A DNA stretch of 64,000 bases from the NCBI GenBank assembly GCA_964604305.1, contig CAZRYM010000005.1, positions 7,217 through 71,216 on the forward strand. Direction: 5' to 3'. Below, piece after piece: positions 1 through 9,192 of this stretch. The position numbers and the translations under genes are program-made. The notes beneath the pieces are model-generated. The model searched no databases and had not been told where the DNA came from. It saw only the letters and a list, made by a program, of their open reading frames with translations. The DNA comes from an uncultured Thermotogaceae bacterium (GTDB lineage: Bacteria; Thermotogota; Thermotogae; MWEM01). The first letter of the stretch is position 1. Every line of letters starts with the position of its first letter.

Positions 1-293
1 CCCATAACGGTTTAATGGTAGAATATGCCAAGCAAAAAGGAATAAATGTTGTTGTCCGGGGTTTGAGAGCTGTCTCTGATTTTGAATACGAAATGCAAAT
101 GGCAGCTGCCAACAAAAAGATGTTTAGCGATTTGGATACTTTTTTTTTGATGACTGAGACAAAGTATTCGTTTATTTCATCTTCTCTGGTTAAGGAGATC
201 GCATTTCATGGAAGCTCCGTTGATCCATGGGTACCGGAAATTGTCAAGGAAAAACTGAAAAAAAAATTAAATGATGATCAAGACAGTTTTTGA
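1..293 (+). CDS. coaD: Phosphopantetheine adenylyltransferase, C-terminal part (gene starts upstream of window)
   Basis: The open frame runs from the window edge. The translation ...RGLRAVSDFEYEMQMAAANKKMF...SFISSSLVKEIAFHG matches the conserved CoaD C-terminus (LRAVxDFEYExQ...SFISSSLVKE). Confidence 0.85.
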   Translation, partial: HNGLMVEYAKQKGINVVVRGLRAVSDFEYEMQMAAANKKMFSDLDTFFLMTETKYSFISSSLVKEIAFHGSSVDPWVPEIVKEKLKKKLNDDQDSF

Positions 294-343
294 GAATAAA
301 ATTTTAATGTTTAAATATAAAGTAAACAGAAGGGGATGGTTTA

Positions 344-1615
344 ATGACAGAAAAACAAAAAAAAGATATCTGGGGTGATTGTACCCAGGAAGAGTGGAAT
401 GATTGGAAATGGCAACTGAAAAACAGAATAATGGATGTAGAAACCTTAAATAAGGTTATAAAACTCTCAGAGGAAGATAAAAGAGCCATAGAACACAGTT
501 TGGAATTTTTAAGAATGGCCATAACACCTTATTATGCATCACTGATAAATCCGGATGATCCGAAGGATCCCATCCGACTTCAGGCTGTCCCTTCTGTTCA
601 TGAGTTAATTGTTGCGCCTGAAGATATGTTGGATCCTTTACATGAAGACGTTGATTCGCCTACGCCAGGGATGACACATAGATATCCCGACAGGGTTTTA
701 CTTTTGGTTACAGATAGATGTTCCATGTACTGCAGGCATTGTACTAGAAGAAGAAAAGCCGGCGATACCGATAAAGCCCTCCCTCTTGGATATGTTGACA
801 AAGCCGTTGAATATCTAAAGGATCATACCGAAGTCAGAGATGTATTAATCTCCGGAGGCGATCCCCTGACACTTCCTACGGAGCATCTTGAAAAAATTAT
901 TCAAAAGATAGCTACCGTTCCCACAGTGGAAATCATAAGAATCGGATCAAGGACACCCGTTGTATTGCCTCAAAGGATTGATGAGGAACTAATCAACATG
1001 CTTAAAAAATATAAAACAATCTGGTTGAATACTCATTTTAACCATCCTGCTGAAATAACGGAAGAGAGTATTAACGCCTTAAACAAACTAGCTGAAGCCG
1101 GAATACCCCTTGGCAACCAGTCTGTACTACTCAGAGGAATCAACGATCATCCCGAAATAATGAAATGCCTCGTTCAAAAATTGGTGAAAAATCGGGTAAG
1201 ACCCTATTACATGTATCAATGTGATCTTTCACAAGGTTTGTCGCATTTTAGAACAACAGTTGCAAAAGGGTTGGAAATCATGGAATATTTAAGAGGACAT
1301 ACATCAGGCTTTGCCGTTCCAACGTATGTAATCGATGCCCCTCATGGAGGAGGAAAGATACCGGTTATGCCACAATATTTGATCTCATATGGAGAAAACA
1401 AAATTATTCTCAGAAATTATGAAGGTGGGTTGTTTGTCTATGAAGAACCAAAAGACTATCATGCATCCGCAGATCCAGATGGCTGGCTTGATGAAAACCG
1501 CAAAAGTAAAGAGGGATTGGCAAGCATGCTATCAGGTAAAAACAAAAAACTGGTACCGGGCGAAACAGAACGTTTGCATAGGGCCGGAGAATGGAAACGA
1601 ACACATTCTCAATAG
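344..1615 (+). CDS. kamA: Lysine 2,3-aminomutase family radical SAM enzyme (KamA/AblA-like)
   Basis: 423 aa with a CxxxCxxC cluster motif (CSMYCRHCTRRR). The LVTDRC...GGDPL core is typical of KamA. RBS AGAAGGGGA lies upstream of ATG 344. Confidence 0.85.
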   Translation: MTEKQKKDIWGDCTQEEWNDWKWQLKNRIMDVETLNKVIKLSEEDKRAIEHSLEFLRMAITPYYASLINPDDPKDPIRLQAVPSVHELIVAPEDMLDPLHEDVDSPTPGMTHRYPDRVLLLVTDRCSMYCRHCTRRRKAGDTDKALPLGYVDKAVEYLKDHTEVRDVLISGGDPLTLPTEHLEKIIQKIATVPTVEIIRIGSRTPVVLPQRIDEELINMLKKYKTIWLNTHFNHPAEITEESINALNKLAEAGIPLGNQSVLLRGINDHPEIMKCLVQKLVKNRVRPYYMYQCDLSQGLSHFRTTVAKGLEIMEYLRGHTSGFAVPTYVIDAPHGGGKIPVMPQYLISYGENKIILRNYEGGLFVYEEPKDYHASADPDGWLDENRKSKEGLASMLSGKNKKLVPGETERLHRAGEWKRTHSQ

Positions 1616-2622
1616 AAGAACTGTTTGATTTCCTGGCAGCAAAGCAAAGAGTGATTTCAATTATTGGCATGGAAAAGAACATCGGTAAGACAACTCTTTT
1701 AAACTTTTTGCTTAAAGGAATGTATGAACGTTCATTGCCTACCTTGGTTATGACTGTTGGCATGGACGGCGAGGCAATTGACAGTGTTGAGAATACTCCG
1801 AAACCTGAGATTATTGTGTACAAGGGCGGGTGTTTTTTAACCATTACTGAATTAATTACTACGCCTTCTTCTGTCGAAGTATTGGAGACATTTGACGTAA
1901 AAGTCTCTGGGTCCAAGGTAATTTTAGCACGAGCGTTAGCAGATACAAAGATTCAACTGGTCAACCCGGCCAACCAAATGATGCTTTCGAAGTTGATTGA
2001 TCAAGGTGTGCGTCATTGCGGAAAGTGTACCGTTCTTATTGATGGAGCTCTGGACAGATTCTCACACGGTTCAACATCCTTAATCGACGGGGTTTTTGTT
2101 TGTGCTGGGGTTCAAACAGCTGGGGATTTACCTCTAATAATCAAAAAAACAAAGTTGTTGATTGGCTATCTTGAGTGCACTGAAAGTGAAGATTATATTC
2201 GAAGACTCATTCGTAATAATGAGATTGAAAAGGGAAGTGCGATAATTAGAGATCGTAAGGCAGTTGCGTGTATAACAGGTACTTTGCTGGATACAACGGA
2301 ACTTGATGAAAAGATCAAGAATAATGATATAATCTATACAACCGGTGTGATAACCGATAAGATAATGAAACGATTTATTGATAGAGAATTAAATGTGACA
2401 ATCGTGTTGATTGATGGCACAAGATGTCATATTAGTCAAAGATATAGCCTTATAATCAACAGAAAGAGAATCGCAATACGTGTCTTGAACAGGATACCAG
2501 TTTATGGTTTGGCAGTTAACAGTGTAGGAATAAGGCGTTCCATGAACCCGTCAAAAGTATTGAAGGATTTTAGAGAAGCGTTTAAAGATTTAAGGGTTTT
2601 TGATACAAGGTATTTGATGTAA
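1591..2622 (+). CDS. Hypothetical protein, partner of kamA; non-canonical G-x5-GKT phosphate-loop-like motif
   Basis: 343-aa ORF overlapping the kamA 3' end by 25 bp, so probably translationally coupled. It carries the motif IIGMEKNIGKTTLLNFL. I recognise no well-characterised family. Confidence 0.5.
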   Translation: METNTFSIEELFDFLAAKQRVISIIGMEKNIGKTTLLNFLLKGMYERSLPTLVMTVGMDGEAIDSVENTPKPEIIVYKGGCFLTITELITTPSSVEVLETFDVKVSGSKVILARALADTKIQLVNPANQMMLSKLIDQGVRHCGKCTVLIDGALDRFSHGSTSLIDGVFVCAGVQTAGDLPLIIKKTKLLIGYLECTESEDYIRRLIRNNEIEKGSAIIRDRKAVACITGTLLDTTELDEKIKNNDIIYTTGVITDKIMKRFIDRELNVTIVLIDGTRCHISQRYSLIINRKRIAIRVLNRIPVYGLAVNSVGIRRSMNPSKVLKDFREAFKDLRVFDTRYLM

Positions 2623-2699
2623 AGACATTCTAACAGGGCAATCTGAGAATTGCCCCTATGTAAAAGCTACTTTCTAAACGTCCACAAAGGGGTGATACG

Positions 2700-3245
2700 A
2701 TGGATTACAAATTAGTGACTAGAGGATTTTCAGCAACAGATGCAGTAGAGGATTATGTGGAAAAGAAAGTTTCAAAACTTGAAAAGGTCATGCCGGAAGG
2801 AGATCATGTTCATACCGAAGTTAAGATTGAACGGGAAAACAAAGATTTCAGAGCCGAGCTAACCGTCCACATAAGAGGGGCTGTGGTCAGAACAGATGAA
2901 ATGACCAATGATATGTACGCTTCTCTGGATCTGGCGGTAGATGCGATGGAAAAGAAACTTGAAAAGTATAAGAACAAAAGAATTGCAAGACACCGGGCTT
3001 CTTCCAAGGTGTTATCGGAAGTGATGAAGAAAGAGAAAGAAGAGGATGAATTTGAGGATGAGTTTGAAGATATCGTCAAGACAAAAAGATTTTTCCTCAG
3101 ACCGATGAATCTTGAGGAGGCAAAACTTCAATTGGAAATGTTGGGCCATAATTTCTTTGTTTTCAAAAACGCTGATACAGACGAGATCAACCTGATCTAC
3201 AGACGTCAAAACAAGACAATGGGTTTAATAGAGTTTGAAGTTTAA
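2700..3245 (+). CDS. hpf: Ribosome hibernation promoting factor, long form (HPF/RaiA)
   Basis: N-terminal YfiA-type fold (MDYKLVTRGFSATDAVEDYVEKKVSKLEK...), an acidic linker (EDEFEDEFED), and the C-terminal dimerisation domain typical of long HPF. RBS AAAGGGGTGA. Confidence 0.9.
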   Translation: MDYKLVTRGFSATDAVEDYVEKKVSKLEKVMPEGDHVHTEVKIERENKDFRAELTVHIRGAVVRTDEMTNDMYASLDLAVDAMEKKLEKYKNKRIARHRASSKVLSEVMKKEKEEDEFEDEFEDIVKTKRFFLRPMNLEEAKLQLEMLGHNFFVFKNADTDEINLIYRRQNKTMGLIEFEV

Positions 3246-3265
3246 CTTAAATAAATGGGAAAAGG

Positions 3266-3298
3266 GGCCCGTTTCGAGGGTCTCTTTTTTTTAGTTTC
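3266..3298 (+). terminator. Probable rho-independent terminator after hpf (weak stem + T8)
   Basis: GGGCCC GTTTCGA GGGTCTC followed by TTTTTTTT. The stem is imperfect. Confidence 0.4.
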
Positions 3299-3434
3299 AC
3301 TTTTTTAATATTTTACGTTATAATAAAGAAAAGAAGTAAATCGATTTTACAGAGGTATTAATCGTCTTCTTAATATAAAAAAGAAGAAATTACAGTTAAT
3401 TGAGAGGTGAAAAGATATAGTCATTTCCAACCCA

Positions 3435-4871
3435 TTGATAAAAAGGATTCTTGTGGGAACGTTTCAGGATGAGATAATGATCGCTGTTCTAGAGGGAAAT
3501 CAGCTCGTTGAGTTGCATCTGGAGGAGATGGATAACGAAAGTATTACCGGGAATATCTTTCTCGGCAAAGTGGAAAATTATGTTAGTAGTTTGGATGCTT
3601 CTTTTATTGATATTGGGAAAGGTAAAAACGCATTTTTGAGAAATAAGGACTTCTTGAAAAATTCCCTGGGAAATAAAGAGGCAAGAAAAAAAAGTGAAGT
3701 TCCGGTTAAGGGGAACAAGATAATCGTTCAGGCAAAAAAGGACCCTATGGGGAGCAAAGGGCCGCAAGTGACGACGAATATAGGGATTGCCGGTAGATAT
3801 CTTGTCTTTATGCCTTTTTCCAGAAGTGTAGGAGTTTCAAAAAAGATTGAAGACAGCCTTGAAAGAAAACGCCTGCATAATCGGATGTCAAAGGTTGTCA
3901 AAGATTCCGGCATCATTATAAGGACAGTAGCACAAAATGTTGATTATGAAGCTTTGGAAGAGGAATATCAACTTTTAAAAAAAAGATGGGAAGAAATCCA
4001 CAAACAGTTCCAAAGGTTCAAAAAGCCTCGATTGTTGCACGATGAGGCTGAAATTCTGGAATACCTTATGAGGGAAAAATATGATACTACCGTTGATGAG
4101 GTGGTAACCAATTCCAGGGAGATGTTTGCAAAACTTGAAAAGATATTAAAAGTCTTTGACAAAAAACCCGTGAAGGGTAAATTGCGTTTATGCAAAGAAG
4201 ATGTCTTTGACACCTATAATGTAAGTGAACAACTGGAGGCGCTTTATTCAAGAAAGATTGAGATGGAGTGTGGTGGTTGGTTGGTGGTGGATAGAACGGA
4301 AGCATTTACCATCATTGATATCAATTCCGGAAGTAACGTATCCAGTAACAACACCAGAGACATGGCATTGGAGACGAATGTACAATCAGCTACAGAAGTA
4401 GCGAGACAGCTTAGACTGAGGAATTTAAGTGGGATAATAATCGTTGACTTCATAGATATGGAACAAGAAAACGATCGGATGACAATTTTGAAGGTTTTGA
4501 ATGAAGAGTTGAAAAAGGATAAGGCAAAAACTGCTGTGATGGGTTTTACAAAACTTGGCTTAGTAGAAATTACAAGAAAGAGAACCTCCCCTCCTGTGGA
4601 GGAGTTGCTTTTCGAAAAATGCCCCATATGTCATGGAGAAGGATTGGTATTTTCTCCAAAGCGAATACTGAAGATGATTTCTGTGGAGTTGGACCAGGCC
4701 AAAAGGTTGAAAGACGTAAAAGGTATTCAACTAAATCTCCATTGGAGCCTTTCAGGTTATTTGAATAAGGAATGGCGTGAAGCTATGTTAAAAAGCACAG
4801 GATTTGATTCTATCGACATCGATTTTTCACGAAAAGATCCTAACGGGTATGATATAAAATATAAAAAGTAA
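3435..4871 (+). CDS. rng: Ribonuclease G / RNase E family endoribonuclease
   Basis: N-terminal S1 domain (ITGNIFLGKVENYV...FIDIGKGKNAFL), catalytic DINSGS motif, RNLSGIIIVDFIDM, and a C-terminal CPxCHGxG zinc link. It aligns along its length to E. coli Rng. Start is either TTG 3435 or GTG 3453. Confidence 0.85.
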   Translation: MIKRILVGTFQDEIMIAVLEGNQLVELHLEEMDNESITGNIFLGKVENYVSSLDASFIDIGKGKNAFLRNKDFLKNSLGNKEARKKSEVPVKGNKIIVQAKKDPMGSKGPQVTTNIGIAGRYLVFMPFSRSVGVSKKIEDSLERKRLHNRMSKVVKDSGIIIRTVAQNVDYEALEEEYQLLKKRWEEIHKQFQRFKKPRLLHDEAEILEYLMREKYDTTVDEVVTNSREMFAKLEKILKVFDKKPVKGKLRLCKEDVFDTYNVSEQLEALYSRKIEMECGGWLVVDRTEAFTIIDINSGSNVSSNNTRDMALETNVQSATEVARQLRLRNLSGIIIVDFIDMEQENDRMTILKVLNEELKKDKAKTAVMGFTKLGLVEITRKRTSPPVEELLFEKCPICHGEGLVFSPKRILKMISVELDQAKRLKDVKGIQLNLHWSLSGYLNKEWREAMLKSTGFDSIDIDFSRKDPNGYDIKYKK

Positions 4872-4889
4872 CTTTGAGAGGTGAATAAT

Positions 4890-6977
4890 ATGAGGAAGAT
4901 ACAATTTATATTTGGCGTTCATAATCATCAACCTGAAGGGAATTTTGATTTTGTTTTCCAGAAATCCTTGGAAAAAGGGTATAAGCCTTTTTTGGAAACG
5001 GTTTTTGAATATCCCCAGATTAAAACAACACTGCATTTTAGTGGATCTCTGCTTCAATTCATAGAAAAAAAGGACCCCAAGTTAATCGACTTGATAAAAA
5101 AAATGCTTGACAGAGATCAGATCGAATTGTTCTCAGGTGGTTATTATGATCCCATATTATCTGTGATTCCTGAGGAAGATCGGTTACTTCAGATCAAGAT
5201 GATGAACGAGAAACTGAAAGAGTTGTTTGATTACAAGGCAAAGGGCTTTTGGCTTTCTGAAAGAGTTTGGGAACCATCCATGGTATCAACGCTTTCAAAA
5301 CATGATGTAGAATACATTGCCCTGGATGACGATCACTTTAAAAATGCCGGTAATTACGAAGATGAACTCAATGGATATTTTCTGACTGAGGACCAGGGTT
5401 ATCCCTTGAAGATATTCCCAATAAACAAAAAGCTCAGATATCTTATACCTTTTCATGATATTGACGAAACAATCAATTTCTTACACGAAAGGGCATCAGA
5501 AAGTGCTCAAAGCATGTATCTAATGATGGATGATGGTGAGAAATTCGGTATTTGGCCGGGTACTCATGAGCTGGTTTTCAAAAAAGGTTGGCTTGAAGGC
5601 TTTTTTAAAAGACTCATTGAAGAGTCGGAATGGTTAACTTTAACAACTTTTGGAGAGTATGCAAAGGAAGTTCCACCACGTGGGAGAACGTATATTCCCG
5701 ATTCCTCTTATCCTGAGATGATGAGCTGGGCACTTCCCAGTAGAGCCAGAACACATTATGAGAGATTGGAAAATGAACTAAAGGAAAAAGGGGATTTCGA
5801 AAGATTTTCAATGTTTCTCAAGACTGGTTTCTGGAGGACTTTTTTGTCCAAATATACTGAATCTAATCTGATGCACAAAAAGATGCTTCACATCAGATCA
5901 AAAATCACCGGGGAAATGCCTGATAATATTAAAGAAAAGATACTGAAAAGTCAATCTAATGACGCTTATTGGCATGGCCTTTTTGGTGGATTGTATCTTC
6001 CTAATTTAAGAGCGGAAGTCTATAAAAATCTTATAAGCGCAAATAGGAGCATAGATGAAATCAAACATTCGGGTGAGGATGATTTTGTTGAAATTGAGGT
6101 AAAAGATTATGATATTGACGGATATGAGGAGATCATCATCAACAACAAAAGACTCACGATCGGAATTTCTCCGGCGAATGGCGGGAGAATATTCGAACTT
6201 TCTTTAAAAAATAAAGAAATTAACCTGATGAACAATCTTACCAGAAGATATGAACCTTATCATGAAAAGATGGAAGAAGCGAAAACGAAGGAGGAAGGCG
6301 GATACGGCAACCATTTGACAAAGGAAAAAGGCTTGGAAAAGCTCCTGAATTATGATTGGTATGAACGTTTTTCCTTCCTGGATCATTTCCTTGGAGAATG
6401 GAGTAATTTGGAAAAATACGCCCGATGCCGTTATCCGGAACAAGGTGACTTTACCAATCAGGATTATGCCTTTGAGATAATGGATAAGGAAACAGGTTCA
6501 ATCAAGTTGACAAGAGAAGGGCACATCTGGCATGGATCTCTTTGGGTTCCCATAAAACTGGAAAAACACATCAAACTTGATGATGATGGCATACTGCTAA
6601 AAAACGTAATTACAAATATGTCCACCCACAATATTCCAATCTTCTACGGATGTGAATACAACATCAACATGATTTCTGACAGTTCAATGGATCGTTTTCT
6701 ATACGCCGGTGAATATCCCAAAATCGGGATCTCGGAAACAGGAAAGGTTAAGGCAACCTATTTTGGCTTAAGAAGTGAATTTGAAGGTATAGACATTAAC
6801 TTACAACCTGACAGAGAAGTAGAATTTTGGTATTTTCCGGTTTATACGGTTTCCTATTCGGAAAGAGGGTACGAAAAACTCTATCAAACTACGAGTATAA
6901 CCCCTATTTATAAATTTAAGTCGGAACCCATGTCGACCTTTGAAACAGAAATGAAATTTAAAATAGAAGAATTTTAA
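4890..6977 (+). CDS. Glycoside hydrolase family 57 protein (alpha-amylase/4-alpha-glucanotransferase type)
   Basis: The N-terminus (FIFGVHNHQPEGNFDFVF...LHFSGSLLQFIE) is the GH57 signature. ATG 4890 is preferred because of the strong RBS GAGAGGTGA; the ORF track started at GTG 4881. Confidence 0.8.
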   Translation: MRKIQFIFGVHNHQPEGNFDFVFQKSLEKGYKPFLETVFEYPQIKTTLHFSGSLLQFIEKKDPKLIDLIKKMLDRDQIELFSGGYYDPILSVIPEEDRLLQIKMMNEKLKELFDYKAKGFWLSERVWEPSMVSTLSKHDVEYIALDDDHFKNAGNYEDELNGYFLTEDQGYPLKIFPINKKLRYLIPFHDIDETINFLHERASESAQSMYLMMDDGEKFGIWPGTHELVFKKGWLEGFFKRLIEESEWLTLTTFGEYAKEVPPRGRTYIPDSSYPEMMSWALPSRARTHYERLENELKEKGDFERFSMFLKTGFWRTFLSKYTESNLMHKKMLHIRSKITGEMPDNIKEKILKSQSNDAYWHGLFGGLYLPNLRAEVYKNLISANRSIDEIKHSGEDDFVEIEVKDYDIDGYEEIIINNKRLTIGISPANGGRIFELSLKNKEINLMNNLTRRYEPYHEKMEEAKTKEEGGYGNHLTKEKGLEKLLNYDWYERFSFLDHFLGEWSNLEKYARCRYPEQGDFTNQDYAFEIMDKETGSIKLTREGHIWHGSLWVPIKLEKHIKLDDDGILLKNVITNMSTHNIPIFYGCEYNINMISDSSMDRFLYAGEYPKIGISETGKVKATYFGLRSEFEGIDINLQPDREVEFWYFPVYTVSYSERGYEKLYQTTSITPIYKFKSEPMSTFETEMKFKIEEF

Positions 6978-7025
6978 AATAAATTTACGCAGCGTCTGAG
7001 AAATTGGACGAAAGGAGATGTAACA

Positions 7026-9188
7026 GTGGCATTTAAGCAATGGAAATTTGAAATAGCCGGCAGAGAGTTGGTTGTAGAACATGGAAAAATGGCAAAACAA
7101 TCAGCGGGATCTGTAGTTGTTAGATTGGGAGATACGGTCGTTTTGATAACGGCTAATTGTAAAAAATCAGCATCCGGAATGGACTTTTTTCCGTTAACCG
7201 TTGAGTTTCAGGAAAAGTTTTATTCATCCGGGAAGATACCCGGGGGATTTTTAAAAAGAGAAGGAAGGCCGGGAGATACATCAATACTGGCTGCAAGGCA
7301 AATAGACAGACCCATTAGACCTCTGTTTCCAGAAGGTTTTTATAACGAGGTTCAGTTGATTGCAACGGTATTATCAATAGATGAGGATAATCCGGCGGAT
7401 GTTCTTGGTATTCTTGGAGCCTCACTTGCGTTAAACCTTTCAAATATACCATTTGAAGGAATAGTAGCAGGGGTGAAAGTTGGTTATGTAGACGGTCAGC
7501 CGGTTGTTTTCCCAACAGAAGAAGAGTTGAGGAAAAGTGATATTGAGTTGACTGTAGCCGGTTCAAAAGAGGCTATTGTAATGGTAGAAGGTGAAGCCAA
7601 AGAAGTGGAAGAGGAACGGATGCTTGAAGGTCTGGACAAAGCTCATGAGGCAATCAAACAGATGTGCGAATTCCAGGAAAAAATATTAGAAGAGGTGGGG
7701 CCTTTTGAGAAGATGGAGTTTGAAGTATTAGCTCTATCAGATGAGGAGAAAGGCAGCCTGGAATCTTTGGTTGATAAAGCTGAACTGAAAACCAGAATGC
7801 TAACTACCGGGAAGAAAAATGCTGAGAAGGCACTTGGAGAATACAAAGAACAAATTCTTGAACAATTTGTCGAAAGTCTTGAAGAAGAAGCGGACTCTGT
7901 TAAACTTAGACTTGTTTCCGAGCATTATGAAGAGATTCTAAAGGGAATTATGAGAAGATCAATCGTAGAAGACAAAAAGCGTTCCGATGGCCGCGATCCC
8001 AGAACCATCAGACCCATTACATGTGAAACCGGTATTTTACCCAGGGCACATGGTTCTGCTCTTTTTACAAGGGGAGAAACTCAAAGTTTGGGAATCCTCA
8101 CACTTGGAAGTGGTCGGGATGTTCAGTACATCGATTCAATTTATGAGGAATCGGAGAAGAATTTCATGTTGCATTACAATTTCCCGCCGTTTTCCGTCGG
8201 TGAGGTTAAAAGAATGTTTGGCACCTCTCGAAGAGAAATAGGACACGGCCATCTTGCAGAGCGTTCTGTAAAATCGATCATGCCTTCTGTAGAAGATTTT
8301 CCCTATACCGTTCGGGTAGTATCCGAAATACTTGAATCAAACGGATCATCATCAATGGCAACAATATGTTCAGCATCACTTTCATTGATGGATGCGGGGG
8401 TTCCTGTGAAGAAACACGTTGCCGGAATAGCCATGGGTATGATAAAAGAGCCTGATGATACGGTCATTCTTTCGGACATACTTGGAATAGAAGATCACCT
8501 TGGTGATATGGACTTTAAAGTTGCCGGGACTAAAGAAGGTATAACAGGATTTCAGATGGATGTAAAAGTCAGCGGAATAAGCAGGGACATCATGGCACAA
8601 GCATTGAATCAGGCCAAAGAGGGAAGACTGCACATATTGGACATCATGTACAACACCATTGAACAGTCCAGGGAGAAGCTTTCTGAATATGCTCCTGTGG
8701 CTATCTCTTTCGATATTCCGGAAGAATCTATCGGAGAAGTTATCGGACCCGGAGGAAAGACTATCAAGTTCATCACCGCTGAATTCGATGTTAAGGTAGA
8801 GATTGACGATGAAAAAGGAAAGGTTAATATCTACGGAGATGATGCCAAAAAGAGTAACGCAGCCGCTGAATACATACACAGAATGCTGGAACCCCTTGTG
8901 CCTGACAAGGAATACACCGGAAAGATAACCCGTATCGAAAAATATGGGGTATTTGTGGAATTGGCACCCGGTAAAACAGGCCTTCTCCACGTTTCAAACA
9001 TGGAAGGCTATGTGAAAGATCCAGCAGCAAAGTTTAACCTTGGAGATGAAGTAAAGGTTGTCTGCGGTAAACTTGAACAGGGTGGAAAGATTGATTTGAG
9101 AGAACCCGGCAGTAAAAAGAAAAGTACCGGCAACAACGACAGAAGGGGTGGCAGAAAACCACCTGAAAGAAGAGAAAACAGGAAGTGA
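7026..9188 (+). CDS. pnp: Polynucleotide phosphorylase
   Basis: 720 aa with two RNase PH domains, KH and a C-terminal S1 (GKITRIEKYGVFVEL). GTG start with RBS AAAGGAGA. Confidence 0.95.
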   Translation: MAFKQWKFEIAGRELVVEHGKMAKQSAGSVVVRLGDTVVLITANCKKSASGMDFFPLTVEFQEKFYSSGKIPGGFLKREGRPGDTSILAARQIDRPIRPLFPEGFYNEVQLIATVLSIDEDNPADVLGILGASLALNLSNIPFEGIVAGVKVGYVDGQPVVFPTEEELRKSDIELTVAGSKEAIVMVEGEAKEVEEERMLEGLDKAHEAIKQMCEFQEKILEEVGPFEKMEFEVLALSDEEKGSLESLVDKAELKTRMLTTGKKNAEKALGEYKEQILEQFVESLEEEADSVKLRLVSEHYEEILKGIMRRSIVEDKKRSDGRDPRTIRPITCETGILPRAHGSALFTRGETQSLGILTLGSGRDVQYIDSIYEESEKNFMLHYNFPPFSVGEVKRMFGTSRREIGHGHLAERSVKSIMPSVEDFPYTVRVVSEILESNGSSSMATICSASLSLMDAGVPVKKHVAGIAMGMIKEPDDTVILSDILGIEDHLGDMDFKVAGTKEGITGFQMDVKVSGISRDIMAQALNQAKEGRLHILDIMYNTIEQSREKLSEYAPVAISFDIPEESIGEVIGPGGKTIKFITAEFDVKVEIDDEKGKVNIYGDDAKKSNAAAEYIHRMLEPLVPDKEYTGKITRIEKYGVFVELAPGKTGLLHVSNMEGYVKDPAAKFNLGDEVKVVCGKLEQGGKIDLREPGSKKKSTGNNDRRGGRKPPERRENRK

Positions 9189-9192
9189 TTTA

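Noticed and set aside
1591-2622. Possible P-loop NTPase call for the kamA partner
   Set aside because: The motif is G-x5-GKT (GMEKNIGKT), one residue longer than a canonical Walker A, and I see no Walker B. It is kept as a hypothetical protein rather than assigned as an NTPase.
2989-3070. Repetitive GAA/GAG-rich DNA (EDEFEDEFED) suggestive of a tandem repeat
   Set aside because: It is the acidic inter-domain linker of long-form HPF, a coding low-complexity segment and not a repeat element or CRISPR.
8382-8990. 202-aa minus-strand ORF antisense to pnp
   Set aside because: It lies inside the highly conserved PNPase coding region and is a frame artefact.
9148-9192. ATG 9148 as start of the M16 peptidase
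   Set aside because: It would overlap the pnp coding end by 41 bp. GTG 9193 has an AGGAAG SD at proper spacing and begins just after the pnp stop.
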